A DNA stretch of 64,000 nt from Octopus vulgaris (lineage: Eukaryota). Both the position numbers and the translations under genes were made by a program. The notes beneath the pieces were generated by a model. It searched no databases. It saw only the letters and a list, made by a program, of their open reading frames with translations, and was not told where the DNA came from. Below are positions 28,163 through 43,909 of this stretch, one piece after another; the stretch's first letter is position 1; every line of letters starts with the position of its first letter. The DNA is taken from positions 1,674,001 to 1,738,000 of the forward strand of contig OX597823.1 in NCBI GenBank assembly GCA_951406725.2. The letters run 5' to 3'.

Positions 28163-28927
28163 ATGTATGTATGCATGCATTTATGCATGTAGATATGTAT
28201 GAAAACATAGATAAATACATTTATCTACATTTATTTGTATTAAAAGAAATGCTAGAAACTTAGGACAAGATGTTGACAAAAATTTACCAATTCCACAGCG
28301 AAATATAAAAGATATATTTTGCATTCTCATCACAATTGCAGAGAAACTAAAGTCACGTTGAAAGGGGAAATAAATACAGTTTCGGAGAAGGATCCAAAGA
28401 AAGAATTGGCTTTTCAGTGTCAGCTGGCTTTTAGGAAGTCAGAATCCAGCAGTGTGCAGAACTAACTCAATAATCTCCATTGTCAAAGAACCGTTTCTAT
28501 CAGGAGTGTGGAATTTATTCAATTGAATCTTCAGAAACTTTACATCTAAGACGCTAAATTATCTGTCACAAGGCATAAGTGTCTAACAACTCAAAGAACC
28601 TTCTCGAGAATTGCCTTACCATATTCTTGCCGCAATGTCAAAAGGTTTTTGGAAATAGACTGCAGTTTGTTGAAGTAAAATAATTCGGAGTTCGCAGAAA
28701 GGGCTTAAACTTTGAGACAAATTCTTCAATATATTGTTGCTGATGTTTGGTCAATCAACTTTATATACACTAGCGGCTCATAAATAAGTTAAACTAACGA
28801 TTGAATTTACCTCTAAAACAGATCTCATTTGATAAAGTTATTTGCAAGGTTGAACACACACATTTTTGAATATGTGAATATGAATTTACATCTAAAAGCC
28901 TGTAACGTGTGCATGTCATCGTGTATG

Positions 28928-28994
<67 letters not shown>

Positions 28995-28996
<2 letters not shown>

Positions 28997-29125
28997 CTGT
29001 GTTCCTTTCTGTCGAAGAGCGTAGGCTCGAAACGTAAAACACTTTCTCACATCCCGAGCGTTAAACTATACATCTGTTTGTTGTTTACACACTCGTCTTT
29101 TTTTGTTTTTTGTAAATTCTTACTA
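28995..29125 (+). mobile_element. Second copy of the pLTR-like fragment with CUGUCGA hammerhead-like motif (29005-29040)
   Basis: CTTT-CTGTCGAA-GAGCGTAGGCTC-GAAACGTA-AAAC; homologous to 4771-4900. Confidence 0.6.
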
Positions 29126-29145
29126 TCTATATCTATATCTGTCTG

Positions 29146-29665
<520 letters not shown>

Positions 29666-29689
29666 TATATATATATATATATATATATA

Positions 29690-30360
29690 TATTAATGAAA
29701 ACAATGCAAAATGATATACGAAAATAAATTCCATGAGTGAGAACAGAACAAAAGTTAATGCTTTATCTTGTATTTCTTCAATATTTCGGGTCAAGCCCCC
29801 TTTATCAGAACACATGAAGAAATGGGAGATGGGCTAATGTGTTATTATTGCTTGGATATTTGGGGAAGAGTAGTGACATGCGCAGACTCGTGCTGTTACC
29901 TATTCTGCTTCATGTAGTTCTTGTCTGTCGTTTAGTGCTAGGTTCAGTTTAATAATTAGTATAGCCTCGTTGATGGGAATGTTACCTGTGTTACGTTCCG
30001 TGACTCAGATTCTGATAAACACCTTCAGGTATTTATTGACTGAAACATTTGTGCGTTCATGTTCTTTGATGCGGATGTGTAGTTTCCTGATGGCACTCCC
30101 AGTGTAGAAAGCATTACAGTCGCTACAGCTTACTTCATTTATCATGTAAGCTCTTGGGCAAATTTTTATGCTGTTTATGGAGTAATCGGACAATGTTCAT
30201 TCTATTATACTGTTTGTGGTACAATTTCTCGACAGAAATTTTCTCGGCAGCGCGTGTCAGACTTGTGGGTATGGGCCTCCTTATGAAGTTTGATAACATT
30301 TGCGTTGTTTATATGCTGCTGTTTGGTGAAAGTTGGTGGATATACATATTTAGTAAGATC
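29690..30360 (-). mobile_element. Penelope-like element 3' remnant: GIY-YIG endonuclease plus decayed hammerhead
   Basis: ORF 30005-30193 has EVSCSDCNAFYTGSAIRKLHIRIKEH (cf. YxIxCxxCxxxYIGxTxRxLxxRxxEH); downstream CTGATAA-A-GGG...CCC-GAAATATT at 29777-29810. Confidence 0.75.
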
Positions 30361-32097
30361 TTACTAAACAAGGCTATCTACCATCTTGTTAGCACTTCCA
30401 AGATTTGAACCCACAACTTTAAAATCAAGAACCGAACATTTTAACCAATGGGTCACTCACTTTCGCTGTTTTTAACAACGATCTACAATTTATAGGCTAT
30501 GGACTCGAGGAATAGTTAGAACAATGCGAAATACAAGACCGTAGAAATGTTCAAGGAAATGCTGCAATAGAATGACGATTCAGCGGAAATACTAACCAAA
30601 ATAAATCAAGTTATCAATTCAAGACGAACAATGAAAGAGGGAAATCAGAAAGTTTTTTTATTGATCTACAGGAATGTTCATCGTTCAATATAACAGTATC
30701 TATTCTTCTCTCTTTAATTCGTCCATTACCAGGAAAACTTCTATGAATTCTTGTCACAAAAACTTGAGGACAGAGAATGATAAGAGAGAAAGAGATCTAT
30801 GGTGAGATGCTCGGATGAGCAGAAAACGATGTACACGGCTACAGGATTTGGTGAAACATGTGATTTTGATGAAGTATAAGCCAGCCAACCACCAAGCGAA
30901 GTTTAAGGTGACTCAGTTTGAGAAAAGACCATAGTTGATGGCTGGCATCCAAATTGTACTTCGGGAAAGAGCAAGAAATATTTATGAGTCTCAAATTAAG
31001 TTTATGGAATGAATAAAACAACTCAATGAGAATAACGTCGTATCAACAGAAATAAAACTTAGCCACCAATCATCTAAGGTACAATATAACATAAGTCTAC
31101 CTTGGCAACTAATCAGTTCAAGTTCATTACAACATAACAAGAGTAAAGATCAAACGCAGTCCTCAGTATGAATAAATATATTTTTTTATGGGTGCCATAA
31201 TAAATTCTTGCTTCAACTTCACGTGTTTTATACGATTTACACGTTTATTTTGTCCCGTGATTCAACGTGATGGTCACATTATCAATGCTGCTGGACATGG
31301 TTTCCACTTGGAAGAAAGAACTGGGTTATTCAGCTGAAGAAGGTTTTTTGAGAGTAAGATGACCTTTTAGAAACCACACTTTGTTTAGTTAAATAATTTA
31401 GTGCAGGATTACATAATTAAATTTGAATATACACGTTACTGGGCTCGTAATTCCCTCGCTGGCTCTACTATGAAATTGTTTTCTCATATTCTATGCCATT
31501 GCATCTTGAACAAGTACTTCTGCAACCATAACCTCGGATTGATCAAAGTCGCGTGGCTGAAATTTATGACTTTGAGTTAAACATAATCGGTGAGTCGACT
31601 AAAGCTAGTTTGTGGTACTCAGCTATGTCCCTTTATGCAGAGGTCACATTTTTGTTTGTTGTGAGATCTATAAAACAAGTAACAGACGAAATATAATCGA
31701 TTAAAACCTGTGAAGGCCACACTGCAAGGTAAACATTGCCAAGTGAGTGGAACCAATGTCAAAATAGCTGTTTCATATGACGTGACTTCACTGTAGTTCA
31801 AGGAAGGCCTGGATGGGAAGGAAAGGAACTGATTGGCCAGAAATATGGCTTTTTCTCAGTACAAACATAATGTCTCAAGATCATTAAGGATCTTTAATTG
31901 CAATTAAACCTGTTTGTTTGTTTGTTTTTTACAAATTTATCAAAAAGATATCTTTGCTTAGGGGAGTCAACTGTTTCAACTAATTATTATAAACACGCAC
32001 ACACACAGACACACACGTATGTGTGTACGTTTATGAATATATGTATATGTATATGTATATGTGTGTGTGTGTGTGTGTGTGTGCGTATGCGTGTCTG

Positions 32098-32129
<32 letters not shown>

Positions 32130-32178
32130 TGTTATATTTTGGAATGGTCATATTGCCAGTTTAACCAAATATTTAAAC

Positions 32179-32233
<55 letters not shown>

Positions 32234-32250
32234 GTATGTTATGTATATAT

Positions 32251-32348
<98 letters not shown>

Positions 32349-32419
32349 ATATATATATATATAGATAGATAATACCATACAAAATTCTGGTACCTTTAAC
32401 TTAAGTACCATATTCATCT

Positions 32420-32740
32420 GAATCTAAATTTAGCTGGTCTTATATATGGACACGTGGGAGGAAACAGCTGCTGACCGCTCTGTCTGGCGTCGGACGGTGA
32501 GGAAGGGCGTTTCCATGGCTGAGGAAAGGAGAGCACAGCTGTGGTTGGACAGGCGGAACAGGAGGAGGACAACTGCAGCAACACCCCACACGTACCCATC
32601 GATGTTCGTGTGCAGCAACTGTACCAAGGACTGCCACTCTAGAATTGGACTGTTCAGTCGCAGCAGACGCTGCTCATCATCAAAGTAGGCCCCACCCTTG
32701 GCGAAACGCATTGTCTATCAAGACAGACGGGGAAAGAGAG
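32420..32740 (+). mobile_element. RTE-clade LINE 3' fragment with C-terminal zinc-finger-like motif
   Basis: WEETAADRSVWRRTVRKG...FVCSNCTKDCHSRIGLFS, followed by a short 3' UTR. Confidence 0.85.
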
Positions 32741-32759
32741 AGATATATACATACATGCA

Positions 32760-35700
32760 TACATCGTCGACTGCAGCTCGTATCCGAGTACCGGGTTCGT
32801 CAGTTTCTATCCAGTTTTCTCGGCAGAAGTTTGTGCTGAATGTGGTTTTGGAGTTCAAGTCGGTGGTGAAAGAGTCGTAGGCAGAATTCCTACGGGATGG
32901 TCGGTGACGGTCGAGGATGTTGAAGACGCTCCTTTCTTCTCTTGCGTTTTATCTCCTTATTCTGTTGTCTGTTCTCCTCGAAGGAGCTGGCTCCAAGCTG
33001 TCGTATCCATAGCAATCTGTTCCCATGAGGATGGTTGGATGTTAGTTTGAGTCAGGTTCCGTTTGAAGTGCACTTTAAAACGGAATTTCAGACCTCCTCT
33101 GGGTCTTGTTCCGATTATAAGTTCTCCGTAGAACATGATCCTCGGGAGACGAGAAGGCTCCATACGCTGGACGTGACCTGCTCAGCGAAGACGATAGCAA
33201 AGAATGGTGGCTTCGACGCTTGGTGCTGAGGCGCAGCGAAGAACCTCATTTCTGGTAATGTGATCTTCTCATCGAATATTGAGGATCGGCCGTAGCTTGG
33301 ATTGCCGAGGTATTCCTGGCGCTTGAAGTCACGGTGGTACAGCGTCCAAGTCTCACAAGCGTAGAAAAGTGTTGGCAGGACAATGACACCGAAGGCCATG
33401 ATCTTTGTTCAGGTGGTCAACGCGTGATTAAAGAAAACACGTTGGCTGAGTCTACCGAAGCCGGAGTGGGCCGCCCTGATCCGGTTCTCAACGTCCTTTT
33501 CACACGTGGAAGGTCTTCGAAAGGATACTCCCAAGGTATGTGAAGTGTTCAACTTCTTCTAGGGGTTGACCGTTGATACTAATGTTTGTGGGTGAACGGT
33601 TCTGGCCTGGGGCAGGTTGGATCGGGATCTTGGTCTTTAATGTGTTTACCTGCATCCCGAAGCGTTCATAAGCCGTCCTTTGTAGACCATCTGCGGTCCT
33701 GCTCGAGGTGGCATTGTCGTCGGCATACGGACTGAGACGGCGGAGGTCCTTGCCTTTGCGCGGAGACGTGCGAGATCGAAGAGTCCGCCATCCAAGGGAT
33801 AGCGCATGTTGATGGAAGGCGAGTCTAGTGGAATTTCGTTGAACATGGCAGCCATGTACAAAGACAAACAGGTTGGTGCCAGGACGCATCCTTGCTTAAG
33901 ACCTCCAGTGATGGGAAACGGGTCTGTGAGGGCATTTTGATGGCATATCCTACCCACCATACCGTCGTGAATGGAGCGGACCAAAGCAATGAAGTACTCA
34001 GGACATCCAAACCGAGCACATTGCAGGACAGGGGACCTTGTCAAAGGCTTTCTTTAGATCCCAGATGATCCAGGTTGTTGTTGTTCTCGACACTTCTTCT
34101 AGAGTTGGCGAGCACAAAAAATCATGCCGATTGTGCATCGAGAGAGTCGAAAGCCACACTGGAACTCAGGGAGGACTTCTTCCGCGAGGATGAGCAGGCG
34201 ATTGAAGAAGATACGGGCGAGGATCTTACTTGCAATACTCAGGAGTGAGATGCCCCGATAGTTGTTGCAGTCTTTCCCGGTCTCCCGTATTGTAGATGGT
34301 GACGATAGTTGCAACGTGGAAGTCATTGGGGGTGGAGTCTTGCTTTCTCAGATCTTGAGGATAAGGAGCATCAGATGATTTCTCAGCTCAGGGCCTCCGT
34401 GCATGAAAAACTCAAACGGGATGTTGTCTGGCCCTGGAGCTTTGCTTGGCTTCATGCGCTCGAATACCTAGTTGAACTCATGGGGCGAGGGCGACAGGGA
34501 TATCCAATGGCAGATGGGGAGCTGTGGAGCATTTTGGAGGAGACGGTCAGGAGTGGGTGGGTGGTCGTTAAGTAGACTCCGAAATGGGACTTCCGGCGAT
34601 CGAGGATTCCTTGGGTGTCGTTATCGTAGAGCCGCCGGCTGCGTTCTTCAGGCCACCCACTGATGACCTTGTGGAGCCGAATATCTCCTTGGTTGCAGCA
34701 TAAAAGCCCCACAAGTTTCATTGGTCCGCATAGTTTTGCATCTCTTCTGCTTTCCTCTGCCGCCAGCTTTTCCAATTCCTCGCTGGCATTCTGCTGATGC
34801 TTGCTGGTGTTTTCGTTTGTTCTTTGCATGGTTCGCGAGGACGAAGTGCGTCCGGAATTTCGCTACGATAAGGCAGGAGATGGTGTCATCATTCTCGTCA
34901 GACCAGTCTTGGTTCTTCTTTCGAGCAAAGCCGATCGTCCCCTCGGCGGCAGCGGTCATGGCTTCATGAAGGCTGATCCAGCAATCCTCAATGGAGATCG
35001 GCTCTAGGAGAGCCATCAGGTGTCTCAATGGATTCCCTGAAGTCTTGGAATGCTTGAGAGTTCCGGCGTTTGGTGCAATCGAAGCGTCGGCAAGAGATGT
35101 TTGGTGAGACCCGCTTTGGTGGGCGGCGGATCTTGATGTGAAGGCGAGAAATAAGAAGGCGGTGATCCGTCCAGCATTCATCTGCACCAGGCAGGGAGCG
35201 GGTGATGTGTACATCTCGCCTGTCCTTGGATCTTGTCAGAACGTAGTCGAGGATGTGCCAGTGTTTAGACCGTGGGTGTTTCTTGGTTGTCTTGTGTCGG
35301 GTGGGGAGACGAAATAGGCAGTCGCTGATGACGAGTTCGTGCTCGGCCATTGACATTGCATTCCCCAATGCCGTGATGACCAAGAATGCTGTTCCACAGA
35401 CAATGGTCACTGCCGACTCTGCTGCTAAAGTCCCCCATCACGACGAGCTTGTCATGGGTGGGGACTGTCTGGATGGTTCGGTCTTGCAGGTTGTAGAACG
35501 AAACTATGACGTCATCTTCAGATGTGAGGGGCATACACAGAGATCCAACGTAAAGGTTCTGTCCCGAATAGCGGGATCCGAACAGTCATCAAGTGCTCGC
35601 TGGCAGTAGTTGGGACGAGTCTGAGTTGGTTCACGTGTTTTGTTTTGATGGCGAGGCCAACTCCATGGATGCGTGGTTCATTAGAATTCTTTCCCTTCCA

Positions 35701-36681
35701 AAAATCGTTTATTTGGAGCCAGATTTTCTGATGCTGCCTTCTCCGGGAAGCCTAGTCTTACTCAAGGCTTCCACGTCGATGTTGAAGCGGGTAAGTTCCT
35801 TGCATATGAGGGCTGTCCGTCGCTCCGTACAATTAATGTCACTCTTGTCCTGGAGAGTGCGGATGCTCTTAGGCCCCGAAAGTGAACGGTTGTGAAACAA
35901 AGGATTTAGTAGTCGATGATGGATGAGTAGAAGTAGAGCTCCGACCGCTGAGTGGGAGGTCCGCCAGCCGCGGTATGCTGGCCAGATCGAGTTGCCGTGT
36001 CCGATGTTTACCCCACCTTTCCTAGGGCCTCCCCCCCGTTAAGGAGTGGGCTGCGGTAATCCTAAAGAGGCCAGCCCAGTCACGAGTCCAGCTGCCGAAC
36101 TCCAATGTCACTGCTATTCATTGGGGAGCAACCATCTAAGATTCGCCACCAATGTGTGGTCAGGGACTAGAAGCTTACAGCTTCCTAGACTTGACTCCGG
36201 CGACCACGATACCATCGGCATTGGCCTTTTTGTTTTTTTTTTTGTTTTCAATTTTGAGACTCAAAGAGTAGAAGGACAAAGCCAGTCGCTGAGTAAATTG
36301 TTTGAGATGATTGTGGCCAAGCGACGACAATGCACGCGCACTTGACCACGAACTTGTCCGCTACGGCCTAAGAATTGATATGTGCAGTCTTGTTGAGGCT
36401 GGTTGCAGCGAGATGCCGGAGTCTATCCGCCTTTATCATGCCTGCCGGCAAGCATTGCCCTCTTCCGCCGGAGTCAATCCTTGGGGGTTTGAGATTGCTC
36501 TCCTCTGCTTGCTTCGCCATTGGAGTCTTGATACTGGTGTTTGGTTATGTTTAGTCTGAGGCCTCATCCTTAACCTTGCCGCCATGGGTGGCCCTACCAG
36601 GAGTTTAAAACCCTAGATGGCATCGCTCCCGAAATCATTGGAACGCACAAGCTCTTCCACCACGGCAAGGGACGACCATCG

Positions 36682-36683
<2 letters not shown>
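32760..36683 (-). mobile_element. Near full-length, frameshifted RTE-clade LINE (5' UTR, AP endonuclease, RT)
   Basis: APE motifs RRTALICKEL..NIDVEALSKTR, MGDFSSRVG, WHILDYVL, WTDHRL; RT motifs NYRGISLLSIA, QCGFR, GLKQGCVLAP, YADD, FTYLGS; sits between TA-rich microsatellites. Confidence 0.93.
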
Positions 36684-36735
<52 letters not shown>

Positions 36736-37701
36736 TAATACATAAACGTAAATTATATTATGTGTAAAGAAGAGATAAAGTTGTCACTTGAGTGAGTGTA
36801 GAATATTTTAGAATTGCTTGAATGGTTGTATAAGTCCCGAAACAATCAAAGGCAGAAAAGATACCAATTGTATTTGAAACCAGGAACTAAATGAATAAAG
36901 CAGTTAATGCCAAAATCTTATCTATTTGTAGAACTTTCTCCGGAAGAGAAGTATTATCTGCAGAAAAGTGAGTAGTTTCAATGGGGTTGGCAGAGGGAAA
37001 TGTCTCTCGTTGGAAAAATTCTTGTCTTCGGTGCTCGTCCGTAGCATCTTAAAAATGATCACTTTTCTTCTTACTCTACATAAGGTGCTACAGTTATAGG
37101 AAAACGTAAATAAGGTGGTGCGCCGTTTATCGAGACCGGTAATGTCAACCATAAACACTGTCTCCAGACAAGGATCGAAACCGGTTCGTGTACACGACCA
37201 AACAGAGGTTACTTTTTACATGAAACTCATCATTATTTGCATTGTTGTAAAGACAAAATAATAATTAGGTGCAAAGCGACATGGATTTTGGCGAAGGATC
37301 TGTTAATTGAATACGGTTCTTTATTTTTTACGATTTCGAAATGAAGAAAGGCAACTGGAATTAAGTAGTTTAGTGAAATTCTTGAACCAAAAAAGAAGGT
37401 GCGATCTTTCAACGTGGCGGTTTTATTTTTTCAATGTGTTGGAAAGAAGACTGATGGCTTTTAAGATTGCCTCCACATAAGCCAACGTCGTTTTTGTCCG
37501 ATTACGTGGTCTTGGAGCATTTCTGTAACTTCGGCTTCATAACTGAGTTTATCAAACACGCCTGACCAAGCAGGCAAGCTTCGGGGTCTCGGCAGTTACA
37601 ACTGTGAGTGGAATCTTTTCTAAATTGTGTATATCTAATATTTATCTCTCACTGGATTGAGTACGTATTTTTATTCTATCCATAATGGAACCATAATTGA
37701 C

Positions 37702-39092
<1,391 letters not shown>

Positions 39093-39096
39093 TATA

Positions 39097-39313
39097 CGAG
39101 GGGTGCTGAAAAGTAGCTGACTTTAGGTAAAAGAAAATACAAGCGGATCAGTTAATAATGATTTTATTCAACATATTCCCCTCTCAGGTTCACACACTTA
39201 TTCCAGCAGTCCTTCAGTTTTTCTAAGTCCTGCAAAAGAACTTGGAAGGTTGGGCTTCCAACCAGATCTTTCACTAGACCCTTAAAGCCGGGAACTTTTT
39301 GGCACTTCCTTGA
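39097..39313. mobile_element. Mariner-type MITE
   Basis: TA|CGAGGGGTGCTGAAAAGTAGCTGACTTT ... AAAGCCGGGAACTTTTTGGCACTTCCTTG, imperfect TIRs, no ORF. Confidence 0.7.
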
Positions 39314-39770
39314 ATACGTGTGTGTGCATGTGTGTGCGTGTGTGTGCGTCTGTGTGCGTGTGTGTATAGACCTGTTTAGCGGATATATAACAAGGAATTT
39401 TTAACTCTTTCTCCGCAGATTGAAAGAAAATTATGAACAGACGAAATCGATTTTCAAACCTCATTGAGTTCTCATCAGAAATGTTTACATATATTTCACC
39501 AATTCCAGAGAGACGAGCAGTCAATCTGTTTATATACTCAACAATTCCAGTAGGTACGAAGAAGTGGAGCTACTAATTCGCATGCCGTACTTTATTTGAT
39601 ATCAGGGGACACTCAAAGGGGATCTCACTCCACACAGTATTAAGATATATAATATATGTAACCTCTAAGATAGACATATAAGCAGGGAAAATTTAACTAA
39701 TTCTCCACAGACTGAAATAAATTAACAACCTTAATCGATTTTCGAACCATTTGTACGTATATGCTGCTGC

Positions 39771-39813
<43 letters not shown>

Positions 39814-40768
39814 ATTGTTGTTGTTTATTCCCGAAAATAAGTTGTAAAATTAAAGATAATACTGCTTTGGGTCATCCAGCCAATGGCGGAATCGTCAGTC
39901 ATACTAAATACAATGTTTGGGCAGATTATAGCGGAGATGATGAGAGAGAAAGAGATGACCTGCATTTCGAAAAAAACTTTAAAGTAATTATAAGTTTTTG
40001 TTAATGAACTTCAATAAGAAAGAAATGTCAATTGAAATGACATTTTCCTATTGAAATGTTTAGTCGGAGAACACACGACTCTGAGCAATATTTATTTCTT
40101 AGAAGTAAGAGATGCATAAGTGTTGAGAATAAATGCTATCGTCACCAAAATAGTTAAGACAAACGGAGACTAGACTGCGTCATAACGTAAATCATTAAAT
40201 ATTCCCATAAATTATGATAATTACAAATCGGATATCACCGTTACGGAAGTCTAAGTTCTGAAGGTGCTTACGGTTTTTGGTAACTGTTGTGAAATACGAT
40301 TTTATTCAGCAAAGGTTTGCATATTGTGTACAATGTGTGTGGGAGAATAAGAGAAGAAAAAAAGCTAGTGGATTTCATGCGCCGAACAGATCGAGTTTGT
40401 TTCCCAAAGTATGACATCTTGTAAACTGAATCTCCATATTGACGGGATCGCATAATACACGAGTTAGAAATAATATTTGAATAATTCTATCACAACGATA
40501 TAAATGAGATACAAATATAAATGCATTCATGGAAACAGTGATAGAATATTTATAATAATAGACAATAATATCATAATTGGTTACATTGTAAAATGTTTGT
40601 TCGTTCTTTGGGAGAATGAAATTTTCTCCTCCAAGAAAGAAACCTCTGATCTCAGTCTTGAGTCGATATTTGATCACTGATTGAAAACTAATTCAAATAT
40701 ACAATAAGATGCAACAGATTAGAAGAGAATTATCAATAATTATCAATAATATTAAAACTTTTCGAAAT

Positions 40769-40977
40769 CGATGAGCTGGCAGAATCGTTAGCATGCCAAA
40801 GTGCTTAGTTGCATTCCTTACGTTCTGAGTTCAAATTCCACCGAGGTCGACTTTGCTTTTCATTTTTTCGAAGTCGAGAAAACAATCGCTGAATTAGCAT
40901 TAGGGTTGATGTAATCGCCAAGCCATCTCCCCCCTCCCAACATTTCAGGCCTTGTGCCTATTGTAGAATAGAATATT
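40769..40977 (+). mobile_element. SINE family B
   Basis: GAGCTGGCAGAATCGTTAGC...GAGTTCAAATTCC. Confidence 0.85.
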
Positions 40978-41701
40978 ATTACTTTTTGTGTTTCTGACAA
41001 CGAAATTTCGTTTATTATTTGGTCGCCATGGTACATTTACAGAGTTTTATCATCAAGTTTCTTTAGATTCTTTCAAAGGTGGAAGTCAGAAGTTAACTGA
41101 GCCTCTTTAAATTCAAGAGCGAATTGCAAATAGATGAGAAACTATAAGGACATATCTGTGGTGAGGAAAAGAATAAATTATTTTTATTATCATTACTGCC
41201 TGAAAATACATACAACACCATTTTCACTTCTGATATTCGATTCAAAACCAAAAATACTTCTCAATCAATAAATAAGTTCATTCCGAACCATTCCACTTCC
41301 TTTTAAATGCGGAAGAGAATTACGTTTTCTTTCCATCAAGCTGACTTCTGTGTGAGGTTTGTGTATTTCTTTTATATACATCCGCACGCATCTATATATG
41401 GGTGATAGACGTATGTTAATTGTTGCCGTTGGCGCATCTTTGATCGTTGCATGTTAGATCGGGGTTCAAACAGTGCCAGCTCAAATACAAACAACTGAAG
41501 ACATGGGTCTTCACGCAACTGAATTTGAAAAGTAAACGAAGGATCAGAGCTGTGACTTCTTTCATCGAAGGTCACAGAGGTCAGAGCTTACTTGGAGGTA
41601 GAGTAACAACAACAACAATAATAGTATATCCATGCGTGAGTTGTATGTATAAATGTATTGACCCGACACACTCTGGTGTAAATGTTGCGAGTTATATGTA
41701 G

Positions 41702-42022
41702 AAGCATGTGGCTTAGTGGTTAGGTTATTCGGTTCACAATCGTAGGATCATGAGTTCGATTCCTGGCAGCGAGTTGTGTCCTTGAGCAAGACACTTTATT
41801 TCACATTGCTCCAGTTCACTGAACTGACCAAAATAAGTAGAAACTGTTTTTCAAAAAGGCCAGCCTTGTCCCATTCTGTGTCACACTGAATCTCCCTGAA
41901 AACTACGTTAAAGGTACGCGTGTCTGTGGAGTACTCAGCCACTTGCTTGTTAATTTCATGAGCAGGTTGTTCCGTCGGTTGAATCAACTGGAACACTCGT
42001 CGTTGTAACTGACGGAGTACCA
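41702..42022 (+). mobile_element. tRNA-derived SINE family C
   Basis: A box TGGCTTAGTGG, B box GAGTTCGATTCC; homologous to the copy at 57797. Confidence 0.85.
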
Positions 42023-42759
42023 GATGTTTTTATAATCTCCCCCCAGCACATGACTGATAGATCATCGATGATCACTAATCCGCTAGCGCTATTGACGGTC
42101 AGGTTATTCCAGGTTATTCCCAAATAAAGTCATCCGACTTCAGTTCCATCTTTGCGACCAGAAACAACTCAAGGGACCAAAATAGGAATCAAATGATAAA
42201 ATTTAATTTAAACTATTTGGTCACGTGGGAGGTTACTTGCTTCGGACACGTGGAAGATCCTTGTTTTAATTTTTTGTTTTTGTGTTTGTCTTTTGGTGCA
42301 TAAACGTATTGATCTCCATAATATTGTTTGATTAATTTAAAGGTATCAATCATGTCTTCGATTTTTCCCTAGTTAAGGTTGATTACGGCGTAACACTCGA
42401 ACACACAAACGCCGTGAGAAGCGGGACAATATTATTGATATTAAAATATTTTAACTACTAGATCGAGTCCTTAAAATCAATACAGGTAATCGATAATTTC
42501 GTTTCTTGGGTTCTTTCTCGCCCAAAGCATTGAAGTTCGGCCATCTCACTACGTAGAACAATTAGCTTTCCATTTCACCCTCCAAGCTCTTAACTCCTCC
42601 GATTCTTACTTACATCGGCTTCAACTGCGCCATTCTTTCTGTTGTGGAAATAGACACAAACACTGAGAACACGATTGTTCTCTGTAATCACATCACCAGG
42701 ATCTTTATCTGGGATACAATCCAAGCCATCGTTGTTTTACCAGCCTCCTCATTCCCTGA

Positions 42760-42856
<97 letters not shown>

Positions 42857-43201
42857 CGCCCTCTCTCTTTAATATTCCCAAGATTTCTCATAATCTTACT
42901 TTTTATTACACTTCCATATCATCCAAACTTACAGAAATATTTAATCTCTCCTCTGATTGCTTCTTCAATCAATATTTCTTAATAGTTCAATATATTATAT
43001 TATTCCCAATAAACACCGCAACAAACCATAAATGACTCCGTACTTATTCGTTCGCGAAACTTCCTCTCATTTGCAGTTAATAACTTCTATTGCTTTCTTT
43101 TAATATTCTTTTACATTTTAGATCTACAAGTTTATTCTCCCCAATGTTTTTAACTCGGATTCCATTATTAATGGAGCTCATTATTATTATTATTGTTGTT
43201 G

Positions 43202-43257
<56 letters not shown>

Positions 43258-43270
43258 GTTGTTGTTGTTA

Positions 43271-43325
<55 letters not shown>

Positions 43326-43537
43326 GGCGGTGAGCTGGCAGAGTCGTTAGCACGCCGAGCAAAATGCTTAGCGACATTTCGTCTGTCGCTACGCTCTGAG
43401 TTCAAATTTCGCCGAAGTCGACTTTGCCTTTCATCCATTTAGGGTCGATAAATTAAGTCCCAGTGAAACACTGGGGTCAGTGTAATCGACTAGTCCTCTT
43501 TCCTCAAATTTCAGGATTTGTGTCTTTAGTAGAAAGG

Positions 43538-43540
<3 letters not shown>
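43326..43540 (+). mobile_element. SINE family B inserted in an (ATT)n tract
   Basis: GGCGGTGAGCTGGCAGAGTCGTTAGC head; ATT repeats on both sides. Confidence 0.9.
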
Positions 43541-43618
<78 letters not shown>

Positions 43619-43621
<3 letters not shown>

Positions 43622-43813
43622 TAGTTTTATTTTTATAGCGTGCTTTCACTTCACTACCGAGCGCAGCTCTGTGTGCCTTGGGTATGTGCTGTGATTTGTT
43701 GTGATGCTCTGATGGTTATTGTATGGAAAGTGTTCTGCGTAGGATGTGTGCAGTGCCTAGTAGTGCAATTTTCTGTGTTATATGTGTTTGTAAGTCCTGG
43801 TGTTTTTGTTATG
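43619..43813 (-). mobile_element. R4/Dong-type family B 3' fragment
   Basis: Near-identical to the 3' ends at 51387, 51770 and 59676; encodes QKIALLGTAHILRRTLS. Confidence 0.88.
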
Positions 43814-43824
43814 CTTGTTATGTT

Positions 43825-43907
<83 letters not shown>

Positions 43908-43909
<2 letters not shown>

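Noticed and set aside
30480-31230. Possible Tc1-like transposase relic
   Set aside because: Only faint motif resemblance and no TIR pair found.
39440-39482. Minus-strand CTGATGA-GAACTC(AAT)GAGGTTT-GAAAATCGATTT hammerhead-like string
   Set aside because: Core, helix II and a palindrome are present but helix I cannot form; at best a decayed motif.
41702-41775. tRNA gene
   Set aside because: A and B boxes are present but there is no convincing acceptor stem, and it continues into a repeated SINE body.
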